NCBI GenBank assembly: GCA_000146045.2
Contig: BK006934.2
Span: 192,001-256,000 of the forward strand
DNA: 64,000 bases
Origin: TPA_inf: Saccharomyces
Lineage: Eukaryota
Reading direction: 5' to 3'
Shown piece by piece: positions 1 through 9,310 of this stretch (position 1 is the stretch's first letter; every line of letters begins with the position of its first letter). Below the pieces are notes generated by a model that was not told the DNA's origin, searched no databases, and saw only the letters and a program-made list of their open reading frames with translations. Position numbers and translations under genes: made by a program.

Positions 1-618
1 TTGGCTCAAAACAATGTTAACATTGCCGAAACTAACCTACCTGTTCACTACGATTTAAATGGCCCACGTAAACTTTTCGCCAATTACAAATTGCCCGTCC
101 ACGTTCGTCGTTCTAACTTCAGATTGCCTTCCAACCCTTCCACCCCAGTTATCATGATCGGTCCAGGTACCGGTGTTGCCCCATTCCGTGGGTTTATCAG
201 AGAGCGTGTCGCGTTCCTCGAATCACAAAAGAAGGGCGGTAACAACGTTTCGCTAGGTAAGCATATACTGTTTTATGGATCCCGTAACACTGATGATTTC
301 TTGTACCAGGACGAATGGCCAGAATACGCCAAAAAATTGGATGGTTCGTTCGAAATGGTCGTGGCCCATTCCAGGTTGCCAAACACCAAAAAAGTTTATG
401 TTCAAGATAAATTAAAGGATTACGAAGACCAAGTATTTGAAATGATTAACAACGGTGCATTTATCTACGTCTGTGGTGATGCAAAGGGTATGGCCAAGGG
501 TGTGTCAACCGCATTGGTTGGCATCTTATCCCGTGGTAAATCCATTACCACTGATGAAGCAACAGAGCTAATCAAGATGCTCAAGACTTCAGGTAGATAC
601 CAAGAAGATGTCTGGTAA
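1..618 (+). CDS. NCP1: NADPH-cytochrome P450 reductase, C-terminal 205 aa (5' end cut by window edge)
   Basis: Frame-1 ORF open from the window edge, stop at 616-618. Carries the FAD/NADPH-binding tail motifs (GPGTGVAPFRGF, YVCGDAKGMAKGV, C-terminal DVW) typical of CPR. Confidence 0.9.
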   Translation: MAQNNVNIAETNLPVHYDLNGPRKLFANYKLPVHVRRSNFRLPSNPSTPVIMIGPGTGVAPFRGFIRERVAFLESQKKGGNNVSLGKHILFYGSRNTDDFLYQDEWPEYAKKLDGSFEMVVAHSRLPNTKKVYVQDKLKDYEDQVFEMINNGAFIYVCGDAKGMAKGVSTALVGILSRGKSITTDEATELIKMLKTSGRYQEDVW

Positions 619-804
619 TCAGCCCACTGATCAAGCCTTCGGCGCGGTTGTTCAACCACACGATCTGTATCAAAGAAAAATAAGTTAGATAACCAAAAAA
701 AAAAAAAATTTCATACTCACTATAAGAAATCATACGCAGTTCAACTTTTGCTTTTACATACAATTTTATCTATATATTCGTGCTTCTGCGATGTCCTTAT
801 TTAT

Positions 805-1545
805 TTAATCTCTCGTCAAAGGGTTGTTTACCTGGATAACGATACCGTTCTCATTGTTCTTAACCACGGAAACCTGTGTCAAATCACAGACCACATAATC
901 TGCACCTGCGTCAAATAAAACGCTCTTATCATACGAGGATGTTATACCCACAGTAATTGCGCCCATTGCTTTGCCGGCCTTTATGCCCACGGGTGCATCT
1001 TCAAAGACAACATACTTCAGATCCTGTTTACCAGTTAATTGCAAATCTTGACGCAATAAATCACGAGCTCTTGAGTAACCCTCGGGATCAGGCTTACCGT
1101 TCTTCACGTCAAATCCAGTAATGAAAACTTTGGGCTTTCCAACATTTTTCAATATTGTCTCGAACCATGAAAATGCCAAATATGGAGAACCAGAGGTAAC
1201 GATAGCCCATTTCCTTTCAGGTAACTTTTTTTGAGTCTCAGTATCTACATCTAACGATAACAATAAATTCTCTGCACCAGGGATAAGGCTTACTGTGTCC
1301 AAATAATTATCTGCCATATCCTTTTCTAACGCAAGAACACCTTTATTATCGGTATTGTCCAATTTTGGAAAAAATTTCTTCATCATTTCTTGTGATCTTG
1401 CACCATGGGAATGCTTGAATAACTCAACAGGATCAACCCCATGCTGACGGCATAATTTTTTCCAGGCACTTTCCGCTGCAGTTGTTGTGCTGACAATAGT
1501 CCCATCTAGGTCAAAAAGACAAAGATCTACTGAAAATTGTGGCAT
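805..1545 (-). CDS. DOG2: 2-deoxyglucose-6-phosphate phosphatase (HAD superfamily), 246 aa
   Basis: Complete ORF with HAD motif I DLDGT near the N-terminus. It is one of two tandem paralogs next to NCP1; I assign this one by its order after NCP1 and by its N-terminus (MPQFSVDL...). Confidence 0.85.
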   Translation of the reverse strand: MPQFSVDLCLFDLDGTIVSTTTAAESAWKKLCRQHGVDPVELFKHSHGARSQEMMKKFFPKLDNTDNKGVLALEKDMADNYLDTVSLIPGAENLLLSLDVDTETQKKLPERKWAIVTSGSPYLAFSWFETILKNVGKPKVFITGFDVKNGKPDPEGYSRARDLLRQDLQLTGKQDLKYVVFEDAPVGIKAGKAMGAITVGITSSYDKSVLFDAGADYVVCDLTQVSVVKNNENGIVIQVNNPLTRD

Positions 1546-2067
1546 TTTTTTTTTTTATTTTTTTGACGTAAATTTTTTATGTATATAGCAGTAAATGTAT
1601 CGATAACGTGTTGGCTAATACTATAGTGAATAACAAAAAGTACTCTTAGTCTCCTTTTAGCATTTGTTTTCACCAAAGAAGATGTTGCCAGCGCATTTTA
1701 AGTTTTTGAAAAATCCTCGAGAATTACCCCTTCCCCACATTTAAAAATAATGACGGAGCGTATTCAATCTACGGAACTATTCTCTACGAGAAATAATAAG
1801 ATCATTACGTAGTTCTTACATCCTGACGCAATTGTGATTAAAGATAATGATACAAAACTGAATACAAAGCATTCCAACGAAATACAGTTGATGGAAGTGT
1901 TTTGCGCTAAGGAAGATTAACATATAACCACACAACCATCTTCGAAGAAAAACTCAAAAAAAATCTTACCTCTTCAGTACCTAAAATGACATACATAATT
2001 CGACTTTTTGCTTGTCCATATGTTTTACATCTATATATATTCGTTCTTTTGTCACATTTTTGTTTAC

Positions 2068-2808
2068 TCAGGCCCTTGTCAAAGGGTTGTTTACCTGGAT
2101 GACAATACCGTTTTCATTGTTCTTAACCACGGAAACCTGTGTCAAATCACAGACTACATAATCTGCTCCTGCGTCAAATAAAACGCTCTTGTCATACGAG
2201 GATGTTATACCCACAGTAATGGCGCCCATTGCTTTGCCGGCCTTTATGCCCACGGGTGCATCTTCGAAGACAACATACTTCAGATCCTGTTTACCAGTTA
2301 ATTGCAAATCTTGACGCAATAAATCACGAGCTCTTGAATAACCCTCGGGATCAGGCTTACCGTTCTTCACGTCAAACCCAGTAATGAAAACTTTGGGCTT
2401 TCCAACATTTTTCAATATTGTCTCGAACCATGAAAATGCCAAATATGGAGAACCAGAGGTAACGATAGCCCATTTCCTTTCAGGTAACTTTTTTTGAGTC
2501 TCAGTATCTACATCTAACGATAACAGTAAGTTCTCTGCACCAGGAATAAGGCTTACTGTGTCCAAGTAACTATGGGCAATATCTTTTTCTAGAGCAAGAA
2601 CACCTTTATTGTCTGTATCATCCAATTTAGGGAAAAACCTTCTCAAAACCTCTTGTGTTCTTGCACCATGAGAATGCTTAAATAACTCGGAAGGATCAAC
2701 ACCGTATTCGTAACACAACTTGGTCCATGCTTTCTCTGCGGCCACTGTTGTACTCACTATGGTACCATCTAGGTCAAAAAGACATAGATCAGCTGAAAAT
2801 TCTGCCAT
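2068..2808 (-). CDS. DOG1: 2-deoxyglucose-6-phosphate phosphatase paralog (HAD superfamily), 246 aa
   Basis: Complete ORF with N-terminus MAEFSADLCLFDLDGT. The C-terminal two-thirds are identical in protein sequence to the ORF at 805-1545. Confidence 0.85.
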   Translation of the reverse strand: MAEFSADLCLFDLDGTIVSTTVAAEKAWTKLCYEYGVDPSELFKHSHGARTQEVLRRFFPKLDDTDNKGVLALEKDIAHSYLDTVSLIPGAENLLLSLDVDTETQKKLPERKWAIVTSGSPYLAFSWFETILKNVGKPKVFITGFDVKNGKPDPEGYSRARDLLRQDLQLTGKQDLKYVVFEDAPVGIKAGKAMGAITVGITSSYDKSVLFDAGADYVVCDLTQVSVVKNNENGIVIQVNNPLTRA

Positions 2809-3550
2809 TATCCTTTGAACTTCTTACGTGAGTGGCAACGTAACCAACAATCTCCATCAGAACGTTATTTCCAACAGAATAATCGCGATCATTAAAAATG
2901 AAAATAAAATTAAATAAAATACTTGCAATAAAAAAGTTCCATGAAATTTATATCATTAGATGGTACCAGAGCCTATAATCTCATAGATATACGCTTCCTT
3001 CTATAGCTGAACAACGGTTGTTTGAAATGTCGGGGTTAATGTCGGAATATATAGGAATACTCTGACGTGTCTGTATCACGGAACATAACCGTGATTGAAA
3101 ATTACAAGAAGCCAAGACTCTAAAGGATATGCGGTAGAAGGCGTGTGTAGAAGAGCCCAGTGTATATTTTTTCACCGATAAGATGAAGTAGATAAACGGA
3201 ATTTCTGGCAAGTTACTTGGCAAAAGGATACATAGCACGAATTACTTTATTATAAATATTGTAACTGATTGCCTTGAATTGATGTTAATGAGAATCCTAG
3301 GACCCTTGGTTTGGTCATTAGCTTTTCGTTTTTCTTTGCGCGTCGTTAAGAATGAAAAAGTTCTAATATGTATCGTATCATAAACGACAGCAACTTCGAG
3401 AAGTACATTGAATGGAAATCATTCTGCAACACCTTTATAGCTTCAACATAGGTTAAGTTTTAAGCATTTCAAGTGCTTTTCAATTAAGCTATAGAAAGTT
3501 CTTTCGTTAGAAAGAAAGACAGTTAAACAAGCGGCAAAAGTTGATGAGCA

Positions 3551-5233
3551 ATGAATTGGTCTTTTCTACTACAGCTGGTAATAACAATATTGTTAATTGT
3601 GCTGGGCGCCAACTGGTTGCTAAGCTCTTTTCTACTTGATTTTAAGAGAGATTTAACAGGGGTGGCTTTGTCACAGCAATCTAGCATATCCAGTGTTCGT
3701 AAAGAAAATGAAACAGCATATTATCGAAGCATTTTAGTGCCCACAGGATTCCCATTGACGACAGGATTAGGGCTATCTTTAAAATACAAAATAAGAAATG
3801 GCAATTTCGGTGATGTTTGGAATGCCATAATGGAAGTTTCCAAGGGAAAAAACATAATTAAATTTACAGGAAGAGAAAAAAGTTATTCGTTGAGTGAACT
3901 TAATGGTATGGCCAAGCGCATATTTCCGAAACTTTCCAATAAGAATTTCAAAAATATCGGTATAGCTAATTCTATTGCTACCGTAGAGGGTTTTACTCTC
4001 TCCTTGGCTTCCATGATGACCTCTATAAGAACAGGTTCAATACCTCATTTCTTGCCAGCTGTTCCTAGACAACGACTAGAAGATGTTGATGTCCTGATCA
4101 TCGACTCATGGAAGTCTTTTAAGATGCTAAACGGCAGCGAGGATTGGTACAAGCTTATTGTTGTTTGCGATGATCCTATCGAATCACTACAATTTGATGC
4201 GAACTGTGATGTTATCACTTGGAAAGAACTTATCGACGGTTTTACCAAGGATACAGAGTACCAATACACCCCGCCAGATGACAACTCTGATGATAAGAAA
4301 CTTTTTGCATACGTAACTTCACCATGGAATGGAACTAATAGTTTTAATCAAATCTGTCTGGTGAGTAATATAGCGGAATTCATCAAAGGGTTCCCCTTGG
4401 GAAATGAATTGAATAGTAATGAATACCTAACCATTTCGACAAAATTGGCAAATTCTAGTGCAAGCCTACAAATTTGGGGAAAGCTTTTTGCAGTTTTGCT
4501 GCATGGTGGGTCTGCATCTTTCATCAATCCTACAACGATAGATTGCGAGTCGTTGCAAGAAACTACGTTACTGTTTACCGAAACAAAGGATGTTGTCAAA
4601 TTAATTGATTCTAATTCTAGAAGTGGGCTGCTGAATAAAATCTACTTATCCTGGGCCACGAACTTACTGAGCGAGGGTATTTTTACGAAAATTGCCAGAA
4701 TCGAGCCACATTCTCTTGAAAAATTAAGATGTGTTTATTTGGCAGATAATGTGAAAGATGCTGAGGTTATTTCGACATTTCCTGAAAAAATTCCTCAGCT
4801 AAAAAAGACTAACCGAAGAATCACCCCAAGCACTGAACAATTGAATAAAATAAGAGCTCAATTAGGATCCCGTGTAGTCCTCGAGTTATATTGTCCCTAC
4901 GCTATCATGGGACCTGTGGCACATACCAATTTTTATGACTATAGGGTTTTTGGAAAATCTGTGGACGATAACGTTGTATGTTATGGAACACTAAGTACAA
5001 CATTAGAAGGAAAAATGGTAGAAACGGAAACAAACCCTCATTTGAACATAGAGAAGAAGCAGGGTATGTTATGTATTCGTGGTTTTAGCATAGGTAAACC
5101 AGTAGAGTCCGATCGTTTAGAGAAAGCTTTGCATTTAGCTGAAAGGTTTGGAGGAGGTGAAGGATGGATGCCTCTAGTTGGCGTTTTTGGACTATTTGGC
5201 CAAGACGGTTGCTTATACATCTATAATCAATGA
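3551..5233 (+). CDS. Uncharacterised 560-aa protein with N-terminal transmembrane segment (YHR045W-like)
   Basis: Long ORF with a hydrophobic N-terminus (LLQLVITILLIVLGANWLLSSFLL) and no catalytic motif I recognise. Its position between DOG1 and INM1 matches YHR045W. Confidence 0.8.
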   Translation: MNWSFLLQLVITILLIVLGANWLLSSFLLDFKRDLTGVALSQQSSISSVRKENETAYYRSILVPTGFPLTTGLGLSLKYKIRNGNFGDVWNAIMEVSKGKNIIKFTGREKSYSLSELNGMAKRIFPKLSNKNFKNIGIANSIATVEGFTLSLASMMTSIRTGSIPHFLPAVPRQRLEDVDVLIIDSWKSFKMLNGSEDWYKLIVVCDDPIESLQFDANCDVITWKELIDGFTKDTEYQYTPPDDNSDDKKLFAYVTSPWNGTNSFNQICLVSNIAEFIKGFPLGNELNSNEYLTISTKLANSSASLQIWGKLFAVLLHGGSASFINPTTIDCESLQETTLLFTETKDVVKLIDSNSRSGLLNKIYLSWATNLLSEGIFTKIARIEPHSLEKLRCVYLADNVKDAEVISTFPEKIPQLKKTNRRITPSTEQLNKIRAQLGSRVVLELYCPYAIMGPVAHTNFYDYRVFGKSVDDNVVCYGTLSTTLEGKMVETETNPHLNIEKKQGMLCIRGFSIGKPVESDRLEKALHLAERFGGGEGWMPLVGVFGLFGQDGCLYIYNQ

Positions 5234-5246
5234 GCATTATCTATCG

Positions 5247-5311
5247 CTTTATTATTTATTATTTATTATTATCATTATTATTATTATCATTATTATTATT
5301 ACTACCAATAC
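5247..5311. repeat. (TTA/TTATCA)n AT-rich microsatellite in the YHR045W 3' region
   Basis: Directly visible: ttattatttattatttattattatcattattattattatcattattattatta. Confidence 0.9.
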
Positions 5312-5397
5312 CTTCTATATCCCTGTGATCAGCTAAAATGATTCAAATAACTGTCATTTTAATCGTACATTTTATATTAGGCCTAATGTGCTGACGA

Positions 5398-6285
5398 TCA
5401 GTCATATTTCAAATGGCCATCAACACAGTTCCAAAAGTCTGTGATATATTTTGTTTGTTCGTCACTTTCGTTATTAATTGTTCCCCTCACAGCCAAATAT
5501 GTCCTATTGTCGACATCAATACTCCATTCACCTGGATTGGCACCTACTACACGACCGCCCACTTCTTTCAAAATACACCATCCAGCACACACGTCCCACG
5601 AATAGCAACCACCATCCCAATAACTATCAAGGTACCCCATAGCAATATATGCCATTGTCATTGCAGATGATCCTAAATTTCTGAATCCATGAACAAAACC
5701 GTAATCACATGATAGTAATTTTTCATATGTGGCCATTTTTGTCTGAAAATTCTTTCCCTCTCTAGCGGAACCTGGCTGTAATGCCACTACGGATTTATTT
5801 AGTATTAGAGAACCCATAGATTCCAATTTTGATTTATAGTCATAGTCCTTGTTGTTAACTCTCATCCCATTTCCTTTAGAAGCGGATACCAGAAGATTAA
5901 TGTGAGGATTATATATAACGCCTACTACGGGCTCTTTGTTTACTGTGAGCCCAAGAGAGGTACAGCTAAATGGGAAATCATGAACAAAGTTTGTAGTCCC
6001 ATCAATTGGATCAATAATAAAGGTAGGATCATCAGTAATCACGGTCTCCCCTTTCACATAACTTTCCTCTCCAATAAACTTGAAAGTTGGATATTGGGTT
6101 TTTACCGATTCCCAAATTAACTTTTCGACCTGTTTATCGATAGCAGTTACAATATCAACGCTCCTGGAGCCAGTCTTCAAGTCATAATCCTTTTGAGTGC
6201 CGGACTTGGATTTGATGATTGGTCCTACTTTTTCAGTAGCCAGTTCACAGAGGAATTTCTCGATAGAAGCTAGATCAATGGTCAT
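5398..6285 (-). CDS. INM1: Inositol monophosphatase, 295 aa
   Basis: Carries the IMPase signature DPIDGT and the WDxxAG-like motif (SWDVCAGW). Confidence 0.9.
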   Translation of the reverse strand: MTIDLASIEKFLCELATEKVGPIIKSKSGTQKDYDLKTGSRSVDIVTAIDKQVEKLIWESVKTQYPTFKFIGEESYVKGETVITDDPTFIIDPIDGTTNFVHDFPFSCTSLGLTVNKEPVVGVIYNPHINLLVSASKGNGMRVNNKDYDYKSKLESMGSLILNKSVVALQPGSAREGKNFQTKMATYEKLLSCDYGFVHGFRNLGSSAMTMAYIAMGYLDSYWDGGCYSWDVCAGWCILKEVGGRVVGANPGEWSIDVDNRTYLAVRGTINNESDEQTKYITDFWNCVDGHLKYD

Positions 6286-6739
6286 GGTATATGTGTATAT
6301 GCGTGTACCAGCTGTTGATTTCCTTATTCATCCAAAAAAAAGAAAACACTGGGGTTATTTAACAAGCAGTTAAATGTGAAGTAAGAGATAAAAGACCTAT
6401 ATTAATACCATTTTTGGAAAAGCAACGTGCGCAACAATGAAAGTCACTCGATGCATCCATTATTCAAAAAAAAGTTTTTTTTTTTTTTCCATACATCATC
6501 AGATGAAAAAATCTCGCTATGACGCACGCCAGTCAATATTCACTCAGTTCTTCCGAAAGGAAGCAGAAGAAAGTTCTCTATACTTGGAAATGTGTCAATG
6601 AAGATGTTATCAGATTCATTTTCTGCTAGCTACTATATTTCTACATAAGCAAGTAGTAATCTCTTTATTAATTACACGTGGTTTTGACTCATTGGCATAT
6701 GTATATATTTGTGTTGTAGGTGCTCGTGAAAAAAAAAAG

Positions 6740-9310
6740 CTATTGATCATACTCATGCTCACGCAAGTAGGTAGCAACGATTTCACGATCTCTGCTCACC
6801 CATTGCGCCTTGGATCTAATAGTGTCTAAGGCTTGAGCCAGGGTTTGATCAAAACCTTTAGTGACCTTTCTACTATAGAACGCACTAATTTTTTCAAGGG
6901 CTTCAAAAGAGGTAAAATTAGTTAAACCCAATGTCAACACGCCACCCAACACAGGCGAGCCTGGCTGTAATCTCTTAGCAATTTCGTCCCAGTGTTCTTG
7001 CATCCAAGCCCATAACCTTTCAATACCCTTCTTATGAACTCTAATGCCTTGCATTGGGATGTAAAAATCTTGATTCAAAACTGTACCATCTAGCAGATAA
7101 GACAATGTCCTTTCTAAAAGTTCTTTGTCTTCAAATCTGCCCAAAGCTCTCAAAGCGATAATCTTTTCTTCTGACGAAACAGGGTTTTGATAGATGTTGA
7201 AAATCTTTTCGTAATTGTTTTCTCCGCCAAGTCTGGCAACGGTGTTGAAAACAACTGCCTTGAACAGTGCAGGTATGGCCTGTTTGTTCCCATTGGCGTA
7301 TTCCTCAAACATTTCTACCGCAATCGATTGCATTTTTTCATTGCCAGAAGTGCATGCGGCACTGAAAAGGGTCACTTTTAAACGTTGGATAGCAAAGGAG
7401 TCGTCTTCGCCAATATTCCACCCCAATTCAGAAAGTTTGTTAAGTACTAGATCCAAAGTAAATTTATCTAGAGCATTCAATATATCCTCTGGTTCGAAGA
7501 CCCAAGTAGATTTCAGAGCGGATAAACTATTAATGATTTGTTCCCAAACAACAAATGAATCCTCGTTTTTCCAATTAGAAATTAAATTCAAGAAGTTAGT
7601 AGTAGAGGTATAGCCAGATGCAGAAAGGGCTTTTGCATCTGCGACTAAGCCAACACGATCCTCTACGGATAATAAATTTGCCTGTTTGGATAGCTTAGCC
7701 CATCTTTCGTCAGAATAAGAGGTAATGAAAATACCAGATTGGTCACCATTAATCTTGAAGAACTCTTCATTCTTTAATTCGAAAGTAGCAGATTTTTCGT
7801 TCAATACCAATGTGTTATCGATACCTGTACTGTCTTTCAAAGCTAACAAAATGGGGTATATGGTTGTATCTTCCTCTTCTTTAACATCACCGGTACTTAA
7901 ATAACGGTGTTGAGTTAATGTGATTTTGTTCTTGTGTTCCTTGACAGATAACACTGGAAAACCAACACGTTTTGTCCAGATGTTCATCACCGAACAAACG
8001 TCCTTGCCAGAGGCATCTGCTAAGGCGTCCCACAAATCTCCGGTCTTTGCATTACCGTATTTGAATTTATTCAGGTATTGGGACACACCTTTAATAAAAG
8101 TCTCTTCACCCAACCATTTGGAAATCATCCTCAATAAAGAAGATCCTTTAGAATAAGAAATAGCATCAAAAATTTGATTGATTTCGTCCGCATTATTAAC
8201 GGGAACTTCAATTGGATGGGAAGATCTTAATGAATCTAAATTTAGAGCACGTTGTAAATTGTCAGTAACATATTGCTCCCAAACTTTCCATTCTGGTTGA
8301 AACTTGTTGCAAGAGTACCAAGACATCCAAGTGGCAAAACCTTCATTCAACCATAAGCCTTCCCACCAATCCATGGTGACCAAGTTGCCGAACCATTGGT
8401 GGGCTAGTTCATGCTGAATAACCTCAGCAACTCTTTGAATGCGATCTAAACTCGAATTTTCTATGTCTAATAACAAATCAATAACTCTATAAGTCACTAG
8501 CCCCCAGTTTTCCATAGCACCAGCAGAAAACTCATGAACTGCCACCATATCCATCTTTGGCAATGGATATTCTATGTTGAAGGTGTCCTCAAAGAATCTC
8601 AAGGTCCTAGCAGCTAAATTGGCTGCAAACTGACCAAATTTTTCGTCCCCTGGGGTAGAATAAACTCTTACTGGAATACGGAAATTATTGCTTTCCACGT
8701 ATCTCAGGTCAGCTACAATAAATGCTACTAAGTACGTAGACATCTTTGGAGTCGTGTTAAAAGTTGTATATTTCTTACCCTCTTTGATTGTTTCATTCCT
8801 GACATCCATGTTGGACAAATGAGTCAGAAACGATTCAGAGACCAAAGTTACTGCAAAAGTCGCCTTCAAATTTGGTTCGTCAAAACAAGGAAAGGCTCTT
8901 CTAGCATCTGTGGCTTCCATCTGAGTAGTAGCCATGTACTTCGTCTCCCCTGTGACTTTATCCGTATACTTAGCCCTGTAAAATCCCGCCATCTGATCAT
9001 TTAGAATACCGGAAAAGATAATTTCTAACTTCGCAGAAGGTCCTAGGTTTTCAAAAGTTCCATTAGGAAAGACAAGAGTAGCTTTTTGTTGGTTTTCGTT
9101 TTTGTTAACTTCAATGGCATTGACACCCTCAATACGTGCAGAATGGAAATCTATTTCTAAGTAATTTATTTGCACAGAGTTTATCGAATGATCATTAATC
9201 TGCAGGTCAATTTTTAATGACCCTTCAAACGTAAAAGCACGGAAATTAGGTTCTAGTGTAATGTCATAATGCAATGGGGTAACGTTGTTTGGCAGTACTT
9301 CACGGGACAT
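6740..9310 (-). CDS. AAP1: M1-family zinc aminopeptidase (arginine/alanine aminopeptidase), 856 aa
   Basis: Carries GAMEN and the HELAHQWFGN...E zinc-binding motif. The start is set at the internal Met (MSREVLPNN...) 16 codons inside the track ORF to match the known 856-aa length. Confidence 0.85.
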   Translation of the reverse strand: MSREVLPNNVTPLHYDITLEPNFRAFTFEGSLKIDLQINDHSINSVQINYLEIDFHSARIEGVNAIEVNKNENQQKATLVFPNGTFENLGPSAKLEIIFSGILNDQMAGFYRAKYTDKVTGETKYMATTQMEATDARRAFPCFDEPNLKATFAVTLVSESFLTHLSNMDVRNETIKEGKKYTTFNTTPKMSTYLVAFIVADLRYVESNNFRIPVRVYSTPGDEKFGQFAANLAARTLRFFEDTFNIEYPLPKMDMVAVHEFSAGAMENWGLVTYRVIDLLLDIENSSLDRIQRVAEVIQHELAHQWFGNLVTMDWWEGLWLNEGFATWMSWYSCNKFQPEWKVWEQYVTDNLQRALNLDSLRSSHPIEVPVNNADEINQIFDAISYSKGSSLLRMISKWLGEETFIKGVSQYLNKFKYGNAKTGDLWDALADASGKDVCSVMNIWTKRVGFPVLSVKEHKNKITLTQHRYLSTGDVKEEEDTTIYPILLALKDSTGIDNTLVLNEKSATFELKNEEFFKINGDQSGIFITSYSDERWAKLSKQANLLSVEDRVGLVADAKALSASGYTSTTNFLNLISNWKNEDSFVVWEQIINSLSALKSTWVFEPEDILNALDKFTLDLVLNKLSELGWNIGEDDSFAIQRLKVTLFSAACTSGNEKMQSIAVEMFEEYANGNKQAIPALFKAVVFNTVARLGGENNYEKIFNIYQNPVSSEEKIIALRALGRFEDKELLERTLSYLLDGTVLNQDFYIPMQGIRVHKKGIERLWAWMQEHWDEIAKRLQPGSPVLGGVLTLGLTNFTSFEALEKISAFYSRKVTKGFDQTLAQALDTIRSKAQWVSRDREIVATYLREHEYDQ

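Larger units (their letters stand above)
805..2808. repeat. Tandem direct duplication of ~1.26 kb (DOG2/DOG1 units including 3' flanks)
   Basis: 805-1300 and 2068-2560 are ~97% identical at the nucleotide level. Identity falls to ~75-80% toward the 5' third of the genes, and the short 3' flanks are also recognisably similar. Confidence 0.9.

Noticed and set aside
6371-6382. Possible inositol/choline-responsive element (ttaaatgtgaagt, compare CATGTGAAAT) upstream of INM1
   Set aside because: Only 7-8 of 10 positions match. Too weak to call without a matrix scan.
7215-7613. 132-aa plus-strand ORF inside AAP1
   Set aside because: Antisense to a strongly supported metallopeptidase gene.
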